Assembly (NCBI GenBank): GCA_051599415.1
Contig: AP039691.1
Coordinates: 1 to 64,000 of the forward strand
Source of the DNA: Savitreella phatthalungensis
Taxonomy: Eukaryota
Length of the DNA stretch: 64,000 bases
Reading direction: 5' to 3'
The notes below the pieces were generated by a model, which saw nothing but the letters and a program-made list of their open reading frames with translations, did no database searches and was not told the origin of the DNA. Of this stretch, positions 40,846 to 52,275 are shown piece after piece (position 1 is the first letter of the stretch; the number at the start of each line of letters is the position of its first letter). The position numbers and the translations under genes were made by a program.

Positions 40846-43800
40846 ATGACCTCCTTGGCAGGGCAGCTCAATGCTCTTGGTCGTGATGCTGTGGTCTCAA
40901 ATGTGAACTTTCAGAAACGTCGAAAGACAGCTTCTCTTTTGTTCGACCCAGTACAAGCTGCTGATTTGGATCTAGATCAGGTCTTCGCCATTGCTTTAAA
41001 TGGTTACCAAGAGCTGACGAGCATTTGTCCAGAGGTGAGAAATTCATCTGGTTCTTTGTTCTCAGACATCTCTCGAGCGCACGATCGCATTTCTCAAACG
41101 GCCGAAGACTCAAGACGGCTTGATCGAAAGATCGAAAAGTATCTACGCATCGTGTCTCCAATCATTACGATCAGGCCAGTGTTAAAAACCCTGGAATGGC
41201 TAGTCCGACGATTCGAGATTCATCGGCACAATGCACAAGCTCTGCTATTGTCAATTCTACCACATCGTGAAACCTTGACATTCAGTCGAATCTTGACAAT
41301 CATCGAGCTGCCACCTCGATGGTCATTTCTCGCAAGGTTTAGCAAATCATCAGCAGCGCCAGATCTCGCGGCTCTGGCAGCAGCATTTTCTAAGGACTCA
41401 ACACTCGTTTCCTTGCTTCTGGAAAGGAGCGCCATCGCCGCTCGTGAGGGCCACGGCTTCCAAGCGTTGTACAGCCTGCTTACTGATTCATGGGCTCAAA
41501 CTATCGGTCATCTTCGTCAAAATGATGTCGAGGAGGAAGAGATTACGCAGCAATTTTTACCAATGCTGACGACTGCTTTGGCAGATTCTACCACAGCCGA
41601 ATTGCAGGCAAGCTTGTTGACCGTGCTGGCTGTAATGACCTCAAGCTGCCAGCTGTCTAGCTCCTCGGTCAACGCACTGTCAGAGCTCATCGGCACGCAT
41701 ATGGGCGAGGAGAATTGTTCCGCATCCGTTTTGTGTTTGATGCAGCTTCTGCAAAGCAGTACCAACTACGAACGCTTATCTAGTGGTCTGTTGCGGACTT
41801 GTGTCGCGCAGCAGGCCGTTGTCTCAAGAATAAACCTCTTGGCAAGCCGCTTTCGCTCCGACCGACTCGTCGTCGCTTTGGCGCTCACTGCAATTGCCAT
41901 CGACATGTCGTTATATAAGGATTTGCTTTTGCTCACCTGGAAACTGCCGGATTTGACGCCGCCCGGCCGCAACGCCTTCGTAGGTGCCATTTGTTCGCAA
42001 GTGCTTCGATCCTCCCAAAATTCGGAGACCCGCGAAGCTGCTCGCTGGCTGTTCCTCCAAATTCTTACTGATAGCGACGGGGCTCTGAGATTGCGTGAGA
42101 GCCTGTCCGATGCGGCGCTCTCTACACAAGCTCTGGAGCAGGCTCTCGGCCTTCGAGTCGCTTCACCGGAAATGCCATCGATGATTGGAGAGTCTCCGAC
42201 CACGTCTCGGACGGACACAATCAATGCCTCCAGAGTTTTGGACATGAAGCTCGACGAGAACTATTTGTCGGTTCCAGATGTCCGGGCGATAGTTGATGTG
42301 CTTGTGCCTGTACGCACCGAGGTCGATTGGAAGGCAGCTCTTCCGCCTGATGCGAGTCTGCAAAGCAAGATTTCTATTGCAGCTCGCGTGGCGCTGGCAG
42401 CGCCTGATCTTGCCCTTCGAGAAGTAGCATTCAAGCAGCTGATTCATGAGTGCAGCAACCTGCAAAATTTCGACCTGCAAGTCTTCCTCCCCTTCACTAT
42501 CGCTCTCCTTGGATCCAGAGAAAAATCGCTCCGTCTACTTGCCTTAGACTTCGCACGCGTCATCCAGAAGTCTGTTCAGCCGAGTGCTGGCGAGCGGTCT
42601 ATTTATGGCATGGATGGGTTCTACGGTGAAGCAGCTACACAACAGCTGTCCTGGCTTGGCTCGAACGATGCATCAGCATTGATCTCTGGCAGTATGCTGA
42701 CGCGAGCGTCCGAGTGTGGTCTGGATCACAAAGAGATCTATCGCTCCGTGGCAGCTGAGATGACTACACATGGCACCAAGGGGAAGCTTCTCGCACATCG
42801 GTCCGCTGTATTCCATTTCCTTGGATCCCATCTGTCAGCTTGTCCTGTCGCTAAGATACAGCTCAAATTGCTGCTCTGTATGAGTCGGATACATTCTCCA
42901 ACGCCTTTGAGGAATCAGGTCGTCATGCCCTTGCTTTCTAGTTGGATGTCGAACTTCTCTGAAGCCGCGGCTCACTGCAAGGCCGAACTGATTGAACCGG
43001 ACATCCTGTTCGACCGAATCGTCTCACAGATTGTTGTCGATGATCAGGGCACGCTGCCTGGTACCCTGGTCGCAGCAATGCGACATGAGCTTGAGCCTGT
43101 TGTCTCTGTGGCTATGGCCCACTCATGTCGCCTTTATTCGGCCTTGCGACGCGATAGCAAGCTTGAGCTTGTGACAATGCTTCTGAATTTCATCCTGGAC
43201 GAGCATTTTACCTTCACTCGCGAGGCATTGAGGTCATACTTCGCATTGCGGCCTGAGGAGGACGTCTTTGCAGCATTGATACGCACAATTCGATTGAGCA
43301 ATTCCGGCAATGCGGAATCCCCGTCAAATAAGAGGCACAAGACGGAATCTCAGGCGCGCGGCCGCGCTCTTACGGTCCGCAGAATGACTCTCGTCTTTGA
43401 ACTTCTGGAGAAGTCTGGTAGCACAGGCTTCACAAGCCTGCTCCCGCTCTGTCTTGCAAAACTTCAGGAGACAATTTGCCTTGAGGTCGAGCTGCACACA
43501 GCCATGAGCTATACTCAGCAGATCATTTTGACGTGTATCGGCGACTTGCTCACAACGCCAAATCTCGATCCTTCCGCAGTTCGTCTTGATGTCATCGTCA
43601 ATTGCATACGCAACTCTGCAAGTCCACAGGTGCAGACTCGCGCGCTGCTCCTTGTCGCACAGTTGGCGAAAATAGCGCCTGATCAGGTGCTCCACGGCGT
43701 CATGCCGATATTTACCTTCATGAGCGCTAACATTTTGCGTCAGGATGACGGCTTCAGCGCACACGTCATCGAGGAGACCGTTGTCAACGTGATTCCGCCT

Positions 43801-46041
43801 CTCTTATCTGCACAACGGAGCGATAGAGACGCTCAGCTTCTGGACGCTACTGACATCTTAAGATGCTTCGTCGATGCCCTACCTCATGTGCCAAAGCATC
43901 GTCGACTGAAACTCTACATCGATCTCGTCAACGTTATGAATAATCACAGCTATCTTGCTACCCTCATCTTACTCATCATGGACAAGACAACTCATATTGC
44001 GTCATCCAAGGACAAACAACAAGAAGCACTGCGAACATATCAAGAGTTTGTCCTCGCCCTTCTGCCGCAGTTCTCTCCACAAGTCCAGCTTGAGGTCATT
44101 GCCGCAATTGTGAGTGCAATAGCGCCGCAAAGGTCACCAGAATCTCGTGCGGATGAATCAAGCAACAATATCGCACGGCAGAGCATGATCGCAGTGCTCT
44201 CAATGATTGACGCCTCTGATCGAATGCGACTGATTCTTCTGACCACCGTGGCGGGACACTTTGCCTCACGAAAGGTGCGCAATATACTCGAGAATGCGTT
44301 TGCCACGATGCCGCACCTCGTTTCGACTGCAACGACCGTTGTAATTGCACTGCTCGACATATCGGATACAGCCTCCGAACAAAAAGCTGATGTGCATGAT
44401 TGGCAAGCCAAAGCGCTGGATGCTTTAGACAGATTTGTCACGCTTCTGCCCGTGCGTGAGTTCTCCAAGGTCGCTGGCAGCGTCGCGACTTCTGCCAGGC
44501 ATGAATCGGTGCGGCTGAAAGCCTTGCAGATCGTGCAGACGCGAGCTGCGGCTATCAACCCGGCTGATAGTGAAGCTTCCAGCTCAATGCTTGGCTTGGT
44601 TCGCCTCTTTCTGACACGGCTTCGGGATCCTGTCTCCTCCGCAGTCATCCGCTCATCTTACTTGCAAAGCATCAGCGCCATTGGTCGACGCGTTGGCAAA
44701 AGTGACCTTGAAGTCTTCGCTAATGCTGCAGTAATCGTGCTAGACAGTGGCGCCATGGAGTCAGAAGATCTTGTTCTGAAGGTTTCGGCCATAGAATGCG
44801 TGACGACTTTTCTGGTGGTTCTCGGCACGCGATTTTTGCCTATCCTCCCAAGAGTTGTTCCGCATCTCCTTGGTGCCTTGCATGGCGCTGATCTTAGGGC
44901 TGACGGCGATCTCATACCACTTGCGTCCATCTCCTGCCTCGAAAGTGCCATCAAGACAATACCTGGCTTCATGACGAGCTACATGGACACCATTCTCAGG
45001 CAAGCAGCTGCACAGCATGAGGCATCGGAAGAACTGGTAGCCGAAAAGCAGCGCTTGTTACGAATCATCCCGCAGCACTTCCCTTTGCGCACAGTTCTGC
45101 CAGCGCTAAAGAATGCGTGGCAGAGGCATGTTGGGACGGATCAGGGAGCACTCTCTGCTCTGCTTGCTGTGCTGCGCTCGGCATTCGAGTTCGCGGATCG
45201 CGCCGCGATTTCAAGGGCTATAAAGGAGGCTGTAGGCACCTTTCTCTGTATTTTCGATACGCGGCGACAATTATACGCCAAGTCGAGCGTAAAAACCATT
45301 GAGCGCCTCGAGCGACAAGCGGTTGACGTTTTCCTGCATGTCGCCCTCAAGCTCAATGATTCTACCTTTCGACCTGTATTCTATAGGCTGCATGCATGGA
45401 CTCGAGAGGTCTCGGCAACCACAGACCGGCTTGCGCAGGATGCGCGCGCCATTACATTCTACAATCTTTTCAGTCAGCTGATCGCCAAGTTTAAGTCCAT
45501 CGTCTTGGATTATTTCAACGGAGCTGTCTTCGACGACTGCGTCGGTATTTTGTCGACAACCACAGGCACGAACCACTGCCGGCTCTGGACTGCTGTGCTG
45601 CAGAGCCTTCTTCATGGCTTCAGTACCGACGACGAAGATTTCTGGCGCATGCCTGGCAGATTTGATAAGCTCGTGCCTCTTTTAGTCGCACAGCTGGAGT
45701 TCGCCGGCCCGCGATCGAGCTATCGACTTGACGAGACGCTCATTCCGGCAATTGTCGCTTTGACAAAGGTTTGTGTCTCGGATGACAACATCAAGTTGGT
45801 AAATGCAAAAGTTTTGGGATACTTCAGACATGAGAGGGCCTACGTACGACTGTTTGCTATCCGGACAGCAGAGCAATTATGCGCACAGATTGGAGACGAA
45901 TGGTTAGCGATGCTTCCGCAGACGATCCCGTTCCTTGCTGAGGCAATGGACGACGAAGATGAAAAAGTCTCGCGCGCGGCGAACACACTCGCTTTGACGA
46001 TCGAAAAGCACTTCGGCGAGCCCCTGGACAAGTATCTCTGA
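40846..46041 (+). CDS. UTP10: U3 snoRNP HEAT-repeat protein
   Basis: MTSLAGQL start, ASLLFD, LEWLVRRF, BP28CT-type KLNDSTFRPVF, LPQTIPFLAE...GEPLDKYL end. Confidence 0.95.
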   Translation: MTSLAGQLNALGRDAVVSNVNFQKRRKTASLLFDPVQAADLDLDQVFAIALNGYQELTSICPEVRNSSGSLFSDISRAHDRISQTAEDSRRLDRKIEKYLRIVSPIITIRPVLKTLEWLVRRFEIHRHNAQALLLSILPHRETLTFSRILTIIELPPRWSFLARFSKSSAAPDLAALAAAFSKDSTLVSLLLERSAIAAREGHGFQALYSLLTDSWAQTIGHLRQNDVEEEEITQQFLPMLTTALADSTTAELQASLLTVLAVMTSSCQLSSSSVNALSELIGTHMGEENCSASVLCLMQLLQSSTNYERLSSGLLRTCVAQQAVVSRINLLASRFRSDRLVVALALTAIAIDMSLYKDLLLLTWKLPDLTPPGRNAFVGAICSQVLRSSQNSETREAARWLFLQILTDSDGALRLRESLSDAALSTQALEQALGLRVASPEMPSMIGESPTTSRTDTINASRVLDMKLDENYLSVPDVRAIVDVLVPVRTEVDWKAALPPDASLQSKISIAARVALAAPDLALREVAFKQLIHECSNLQNFDLQVFLPFTIALLGSREKSLRLLALDFARVIQKSVQPSAGERSIYGMDGFYGEAATQQLSWLGSNDASALISGSMLTRASECGLDHKEIYRSVAAEMTTHGTKGKLLAHRSAVFHFLGSHLSACPVAKIQLKLLLCMSRIHSPTPLRNQVVMPLLSSWMSNFSEAAAHCKAELIEPDILFDRIVSQIVVDDQGTLPGTLVAAMRHELEPVVSVAMAHSCRLYSALRRDSKLELVTMLLNFILDEHFTFTREALRSYFALRPEEDVFAALIRTIRLSNSGNAESPSNKRHKTESQARGRALTVRRMTLVFELLEKSGSTGFTSLLPLCLAKLQETICLEVELHTAMSYTQQIILTCIGDLLTTPNLDPSAVRLDVIVNCIRNSASPQVQTRALLLVAQLAKIAPDQVLHGVMPIFTFMSANILRQDDGFSAHVIEETVVNVIPPLLSAQRSDRDAQLLDATDILRCFVDALPHVPKHRRLKLYIDLVNVMNNHSYLATLILLIMDKTTHIASSKDKQQEALRTYQEFVLALLPQFSPQVQLEVIAAIVSAIAPQRSPESRADESSNNIARQSMIAVLSMIDASDRMRLILLTTVAGHFASRKVRNILENAFATMPHLVSTATTVVIALLDISDTASEQKADVHDWQAKALDALDRFVTLLPVREFSKVAGSVATSARHESVRLKALQIVQTRAAAINPADSEASSSMLGLVRLFLTRLRDPVSSAVIRSSYLQSISAIGRRVGKSDLEVFANAAVIVLDSGAMESEDLVLKVSAIECVTTFLVVLGTRFLPILPRVVPHLLGALHGADLRADGDLIPLASISCLESAIKTIPGFMTSYMDTILRQAAAQHEASEELVAEKQRLLRIIPQHFPLRTVLPALKNAWQRHVGTDQGALSALLAVLRSAFEFADRAAISRAIKEAVGTFLCIFDTRRQLYAKSSVKTIERLERQAVDVFLHVALKLNDSTFRPVFYRLHAWTREVSATTDRLAQDARAITFYNLFSQLIAKFKSIVLDYFNGAVFDDCVGILSTTTGTNHCRLWTAVLQSLLHGFSTDDEDFWRMPGRFDKLVPLLVAQLEFAGPRSSYRLDETLIPAIVALTKVCVSDDNIKLVNAKVLGYFRHERAYVRLFAIRTAEQLCAQIGDEWLAMLPQTIPFLAEAMDDEDEKVSRAANTLALTIEKHFGEPLDKYL

Positions 46042-46539
46042 GGATAAGCATGATTACGACTCGACCAATGGCGCTTGCGGATCCAGCCCGCCGTTCGGAG
46101 GCAGCGGCGCTGACGGGAACACCTGAGCAGCAGGAAGTTGAAATTTGTCGGCTTCTGTCGATGCTGCAATCAACAGGGCTGAGACACCACCATAGGCCAC
46201 CATGGCTAGCTTGAAGTACATGTTATCCTCGAAGAATGCCTCGATTATAAGCTGGAATACTGGTGATACGGTCGGATGGATCGAGAAGGACGTTGTTCGC
46301 GCGTGCTTTTGTAGAAGGTGGCCGTAGCTGGATTGGATTGTCTGACATTTCAAACGAGTTACATGCGGCATACATAATTAGTTTGACAGGTGAAGCACAA
46401 GATGTATAGGACAATTTTCGTCGTTTCAGACTTAGATCAGAGTGTTCATGTCATTAATCGTCCTGAGGTGTCGGTCTCGAAGCCAAAGACTATGGTCAAT
46501 CGCGATACACACGCGCTGTGATACAAGCAGCAGTTCAGA

Positions 46540-48237
46540 TCATTGCCGCGGATGACTAGTGGTACCGTTATTTGTGTCGTGGTCGCGGCTGGCGGAGCAC
46601 CACCATTTGTGGCCTGGCCAGGCATTCGATTGACATTGTTTGGAGCAGTATTTCGTTCGCCGACAGCGTCGGCATTTTGCAAACTGCCGATTAGATTCTT
46701 CCCACTTCCCGCATTCGAGATAAGCACATTGCCGTACGCCTCCTCGACTCTCGTCCTTTCGGCACGCGTTGCGCATAGTCACGCCGGCCCAATAGGCAGC
46801 CTCGTCTGGCGGTCTTGCTGTGAATTTCTCGACGAGAGAAAAGACATTGTAGGGCATTTGCAAATCATCCGATAGATCCTCATCCATCGTCTCGAAAGGA
46901 CCTTCGGCATGATCAGACGAGATGTAGTACTCGTATTGCTTGAGATTTTGTTTCAATAGAGGCATATCAGTCGCATGTTGGAATAGCTCTCGTAAGGATG
47001 GATACTTCGAGAGGTATGCGAGCAGCTTGAGACACATGACCACATCCTGATCCAGCTGGGCGGACATGACAATATCTGCTGCGGCGCTCGCTTGCTGCGT
47101 CTGCACAGGCGCAGCAGGCATTGAGAATGGCCGTGTCGATAAGCGCGGTGCTTGCGGAGTGTTTATCGGACGTGACAACTCGAATTCGCGACCTGGATCC
47201 TCAATCATTGACTGTCGTGCGGAAGCCGCCTCTTCATCCACAGTGGTCTCAGTCCCGGGCGCCCCGGCTGGTGAAGAGGTTGAGACCGGCGCTTGGGCAT
47301 GTAAGGCCAACGCCATCTCGTGCGCTGAGACAACCTCATCAGCGATGCTCGCGACGCGCACGCCCGCATCGGCAAAAGCTGCGAGATTGGCCTCCTCGCT
47401 CATTGAGTATCCGTCGTCCGACTCGTTCATGTCCGGCTCATTGCCCGGCCCGCGCTCGAGCCGTTCATGGGTCTGTCGTCCCGGTCGAAGCCTGTGCCCC
47501 GTGTCGCTGGCTGCCGCAGCCGCGGCAGCTGCAGCAGTGGAGACCGAAAGTTCCCCGAGCTGCTCCACTAGCCGATCAGTCACACGTCGCGTCAGCGGAG
47601 TGCTCGGGCGCTGTGGCGTAGCATTCTCATCTGTATCATCATCATCGAGTACATTTTCAGCATGAACCCGGCGGACCGGTGGGAGTGGATAATCTGCAGA
47701 AACAGCGGCCTGAGAAGCTTCAATTGTGGTTTGTACCGTTATAGGAGCATCGACCATGGTCGTCGATCGACTCAAATGGTTACCATTGACCTGTCGAAGC
47801 GTATGTCGCTGCTGGCTCGCAAGATATCTGGCATACTGTGTGGCGCGGTCGAGCTTTTCGAGGGTATGGCACAGCACAGTGACGACGACTGGAATCATGT
47901 CCGCCTCTACCACGCGTGTCCTTACGTATTCTGAACCGCGGACACCTATATTGAACAGGCAAAGCAGTGCTGACTGCCACTTTACAAGCTGCCAGCGTTC
48001 GGGCATCCGCTTGACCTTGCCACGCTTAAGAATCCGCACGATCTGCTCCAGGCCTCCATCAGACGCAAGAGAGTCGCGAATTTTTGGCGATTGCTGCGCC
48101 AAATCGGCCAAATAGGCTAGCGAGGTGCAGAGGGCATAATCTGCATTCGTATCAAGTGCGCGTCTGTCGTAGTACGTTGGGGTAATGGTGCATACCGCTC
48201 GATTATCGCCGGGCGAGCAAGTTTCTCTCTCCCTCAT
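46540..48237 (-). CDS. MYND zinc-finger protein (SamB/Mub1 family)
   Basis: TYYDRRALD, WAGVTMRNACRKD, CAYLECGKWE...FAKCRRCRRTKYCSKQCQSNAWPGHKWWC; likely ATG at 48237. Confidence 0.92.
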   Translation of the reverse strand: MRERETCSPGDNRAVCTITPTYYDRRALDTNADYALCTSLAYLADLAQQSPKIRDSLASDGGLEQIVRILKRGKVKRMPERWQLVKWQSALLCLFNIGVRGSEYVRTRVVEADMIPVVVTVLCHTLEKLDRATQYARYLASQQRHTLRQVNGNHLSRSTTMVDAPITVQTTIEASQAAVSADYPLPPVRRVHAENVLDDDDTDENATPQRPSTPLTRRVTDRLVEQLGELSVSTAAAAAAAAASDTGHRLRPGRQTHERLERGPGNEPDMNESDDGYSMSEEANLAAFADAGVRVASIADEVVSAHEMALALHAQAPVSTSSPAGAPGTETTVDEEAASARQSMIEDPGREFELSRPINTPQAPRLSTRPFSMPAAPVQTQQASAAADIVMSAQLDQDVVMCLKLLAYLSKYPSLRELFQHATDMPLLKQNLKQYEYYISSDHAEGPFETMDEDLSDDLQMPYNVFSLVEKFTARPPDEAAYWAGVTMRNACRKDESRGGVRQCAYLECGKWEESNRQFAKCRRCRRTKYCSKQCQSNAWPGHKWWCSASRDHDTNNGTTSHPRQ

Positions 48238-49659
48238 ACTTGGCGCACGAAGGCTGTCACAATGCTTCGTTTCAGCTGCTCTGATTACGAGATTCGTGCC
48301 AACGACAATGAAAGATGGGCGGTGTCGCGCAAAAGAGAGTCGGTCGACGATTAGAACTGCGCGACGATGGTCTGCATTGGCAGAAGCTTCACTGATAAAG
48401 CGCACAAAATTCTGCGCTTCTCGAAGTCGCGCTGAAGACCCCTTGACTAGTGCGGGCGCAAGGGAGTCATGCGTGACCAACCGTCTCACTTACTGGGTTG
48501 CACTCGACTGGCTTCTGTGAGCCTGGCACTTAATAATTTGACATAAAGAGCTCCAGCTCGACAGATCGCTTCGAAACCAATTTCTGCTGGATCTAGCTTT
48601 GCCTCCCCGCGCGCCTCAGAGTGGTTTATATAAATATTGATTATGAATACTATTTTGATTCACATTTATCCTTCAGAGCTAATTAAGAGCTATATATAGT
48701 AAGGTATCGGAATTAAGGCAGTATCAAAACGATCGTACATCCTTTGTATGAATTTAAAAATCGAGCAATCGGCCAAAAATGAAGAGGAAGTGTAAATTTT
48801 AACAATCAATATTCAAGATCTAAGGTTGCTGCAGCGGTCGGATGACCGAGCTCACAATCAATATCAATCACTCTGATGATTTTGGCCGCTAGAATTGTGA
48901 TGTTTGGCTGGCTACTTAGGCGCCAGAGTCACACAGGATATTGCTCCGGGAAATCGAGTGCCTGCGCGGATACACGACAGACATCAATCAGGGAAGCGAA
49001 CGGAATTGCAGAGCCGGTGTGGCACAAGCGACCGTTTACCTTCAAGCAATATACCGGTCGTTTGTCATGGGAATGCGGTATAGACTCGGCATATGTCTAG
49101 GCGATATAGACAGCCCAACTATGAGTGTAAACGAGTTCCCATTCTGGCAGCCAATAACATCTAATCTTTCGCTAGCTCAGCTACAGTCTCTTTGTGGTCA
49201 CGTTTTGACATGTCGATGGACGTTCTATCCGGGTCCCGCATTCGAGCGGCCGATGAATTAGGCACATTTGCACAAGTTTTGCACTGTCCGCGGCATTCAT
49301 GACTACCCTGATTTAAGACGTGTGGCCGAGCTGAAATTTCACCAATTGGAATTTGTCAACATAAAGCGGATAAGCGACTGTGTTGACGTTGCCCGCGTGA
49401 TGGTCACGTTTGCTGTGATTCCGCATCGTGTCGTCGCCTACTTAGCTATAAAAGGAATGCAGCTGTAGATTATCCTTGTCGGGTAGACGACGATCCACAT
49501 CGTCTGCTTGCGCTGCTTCCTGAGAACCTGAAGCGAGAAATAAACACGGCCAGCGCATCTGATCTGAGGACGATAGTAATGCAGGAAAAGAATAGATATT
49601 ATTTAAATACGATTAGCGATTGATATTGGATAGGTGCCTGGCGTTCGCCTTGATGCTGC

Positions 49660-52275
49660 TCAATACTGGACGCGTTCGAGCGCCGGGGCGAGACCGTCAG
49701 TCTGAGGCTTCTCATATGTAGCTGAGGATCCTGCGGGAAGTGTAGCGGATGGAGCGCTCGTGTTAGTGCCGGAGAATGCATAGGAGCCACTTGCACTTGT
49801 GTTTCCACCGGCGTTGTCAAGGCTGCCATTATTCCCAGAGATACCCGCCTCAGCAGCAGCCCTTTGGTTGGCCTCATGCTGTGGGTGATTCAAGGTCGCG
49901 CGCTCGTTCGGTGACTTGCGAGAGATTGCGGCTGGCTTTGGCACATTCGTCGAGGGGTTGGCGGAGCCAATGGAGAAGACCTCCGAGTGCCAGTCACTAC
50001 CCTCTGCTGCCTTTTTCTTGAGTTCCGTGGCCGTGTTCGAGGTCACGCCGTCCAGTTTCTTGTCCTTGAGCTTGGAGCCGGCAAGTGTAGCGCTCACGTT
50101 GACTGTGGTTTGTTTTACGCGCTCCTCTTTCTGACGCTTGTTCTCCAAGAACCGGGTTTTGATCTGCTCGATCCACAACTGGATATCCTTGACCGCACCC
50201 TCAGGGTCGCCCTGCTTTGCCTTTTCCTTCTCAGCTTTGACCTTCTTGTTGAGTGAGTAGAGCTCAGCATCAAGCTTCGAAATGCTCTCACGAATTTGCT
50301 GCTCAGCTGCCTTAGCAATCACTGGCTTCAGTGTCGTCAGGAGAAGAGGCTTGAAAACGCCGAACAGCAGTTTGTGACTGGATTTGCGCAACTTGATGTT
50401 TATGTGGTGAATGCTTACGTTGACATTTGCTGGCTTGAAGTAGGCTTGTCGGTCCTTTCCTTCGGCTGTCTCAAGACCGATAGTAGCAGACAGACCGTTG
50501 CCGGACAGCAGAACGTCCATGACACCGGTGTCTGAGATTGCGGGGAAACCCTGCTTACGCTTGACGTAGTACGCAACGTCCTTGATGTCGAGCTGGATTT
50601 GGCGAAGCGAGACATTGAAGCGGTGATGAGAGACATTGTCGATTCGTTTGTACGCGGAATAGCGAAGGTTGTTGTGGTTCTCGATTTCGATGATATTCGG
50701 GATGATGTTAGCGCCATCCAGCACGAGATTTTCGATGATGGCTTCGAATTTCGGATCGATGATCTCGATCCGCGGCAGGGGAACGTAATTGATACGTTTG
50801 AAGATACCGGGAATGACGACATTTGTCACATCCTTGAGTAGGTGCTTCTTGAACACACGCTCGCCTTTGCGATCAGTACCCAGATCATCGATGAGCTTCT
50901 GCACGGTCTGCCCAAACTGGCGGTTCTGAGGATCTTTTTCGAATTGCTCGAACCATCGCTGGAACTCGTCAATGAGTCGACTGTAGTGCTCCTTGTACCG
51001 GTGCTGTGCAAAGTCTTGACCGCGCTTTTGGAGCTCATTGAATTGCTTATCGGAGTCTTCGGACAGAATGTAACCTGTTTCTTTGAGTACTCTTCGGATG
51101 TACCGGTCCACATCTTGGAACCACTTGCGGAAAAGAGGATCCTTCTGGGCGTCAACATAGACATCATTGAGCGCGTCAACGATATCATCAGTTGAGGATG
51201 AATTTGCAAAGTATTCAATGGACTTTTTAAGCTGGCGCGTGGCGAGTTTGAGCTTGTCGTCGCTCTTTGCAGTCTGATGCGCAGCGTCGACTCCCTGACT
51301 TGTGATATCCTGCGCGTATCCTGTGTAATCACGAGCAAGGTCGAGCAAAGTCTCGATCGCGTCATTGTAATCCTCGTGATCCTGGATCTCGACAACCATC
51401 TTCTTGAGTCGCTCGACAGCGGCGTCTCGCGTCTCTTCTGGCACCTTATCGGTCAAGTAGTCCTTCACGTCAGCCTTGGTCTGCTCAGCCTTTGCATTCG
51501 CCTTGTCCTTGATATCATCCTTAGCGTCCAAAAGCTTCTGCTGCTGCCTGTCAGACGGACCCGAGCCGCTGGTCTGCTCTGCTTCACTTTTCTCCTGATT
51601 GATCCTGCTCTTGATGTCGTTGAGCTTATCCTTCGCCTGGTCTTTCAAACCATTCACGTCAGGCTTGTCATGCCAAGTGTTATCCGGTGCGTGTTCGTTG
51701 ACTCGCTCGAGAGCGTCCTGGTCAGGGCGAAGCTTGTCTGCGCTCAGGCCAGTCTTATCCTGGATCTTCTCGAGAGAGTCAGCGGCGATGTCTCGAGCAA
51801 GCAGTCCAATGTCTGATAGCAGCTTGCGGAATTGACCGTTCGTGATGATCAGCACACCTAGTGTTTTGAGCGAGTCCAGCGCTTTATCGCCGTCGCGCTG
51901 AGCCTTGTCTTGACTAACAGGCGCTGAGACCGTACTTCCGGAAGGATTTGCATTGGAAGTCAGGTAGACAAATTGCTGAAGGGATTCCTCATGATTCTTG
52001 CTGAGGAGCAGCAACTTCGCTTGATTGAGGACATTGCGAAGATCCTGCACGAGCAAACGGCCCTCTTGACTCAACTCTTTGCTTGGATTCTTGAGCAAGT
52101 CTGAATCGATCGCGCTGTTCATAGCTACATCGATTTGCTTGTTCGACGGCAGCTTGCCGACCCGTAAGCCTTCAAAGACACCGTACCACTGCAGTTTGCG
52201 GCCGACGTCGATGTCGCGCTGCTTTCTGTCGAATGGCCTTGTGACCTCGGTTCTACCTGGGTTGTTGGATGCCAT
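49660..52275 (-). CDS. Conserved fungal protein, DUF5923 + DUF4449 type (helical region plus BPI-like C-terminal domain)
   Basis: GKLPSNKQID, NGQFRKLLSD, YVPLPRIE, YYVKRKQGFP motifs; 871-aa ORF. Confidence 0.75.
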   Translation of the reverse strand: MASNNPGRTEVTRPFDRKQRDIDVGRKLQWYGVFEGLRVGKLPSNKQIDVAMNSAIDSDLLKNPSKELSQEGRLLVQDLRNVLNQAKLLLLSKNHEESLQQFVYLTSNANPSGSTVSAPVSQDKAQRDGDKALDSLKTLGVLIITNGQFRKLLSDIGLLARDIAADSLEKIQDKTGLSADKLRPDQDALERVNEHAPDNTWHDKPDVNGLKDQAKDKLNDIKSRINQEKSEAEQTSGSGPSDRQQQKLLDAKDDIKDKANAKAEQTKADVKDYLTDKVPEETRDAAVERLKKMVVEIQDHEDYNDAIETLLDLARDYTGYAQDITSQGVDAAHQTAKSDDKLKLATRQLKKSIEYFANSSSTDDIVDALNDVYVDAQKDPLFRKWFQDVDRYIRRVLKETGYILSEDSDKQFNELQKRGQDFAQHRYKEHYSRLIDEFQRWFEQFEKDPQNRQFGQTVQKLIDDLGTDRKGERVFKKHLLKDVTNVVIPGIFKRINYVPLPRIEIIDPKFEAIIENLVLDGANIIPNIIEIENHNNLRYSAYKRIDNVSHHRFNVSLRQIQLDIKDVAYYVKRKQGFPAISDTGVMDVLLSGNGLSATIGLETAEGKDRQAYFKPANVNVSIHHINIKLRKSSHKLLFGVFKPLLLTTLKPVIAKAAEQQIRESISKLDAELYSLNKKVKAEKEKAKQGDPEGAVKDIQLWIEQIKTRFLENKRQKEERVKQTTVNVSATLAGSKLKDKKLDGVTSNTATELKKKAAEGSDWHSEVFSIGSANPSTNVPKPAAISRKSPNERATLNHPQHEANQRAAAEAGISGNNGSLDNAGGNTSASGSYAFSGTNTSAPSATLPAGSSATYEKPQTDGLAPALERVQY

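Noticed and set aside
49776..51835. Many 60-200 aa antisense or alternate-frame ORFs inside long genes, here and across the window
   Set aside because: Shadow ORFs produced by codon bias of the real CDS; no motifs
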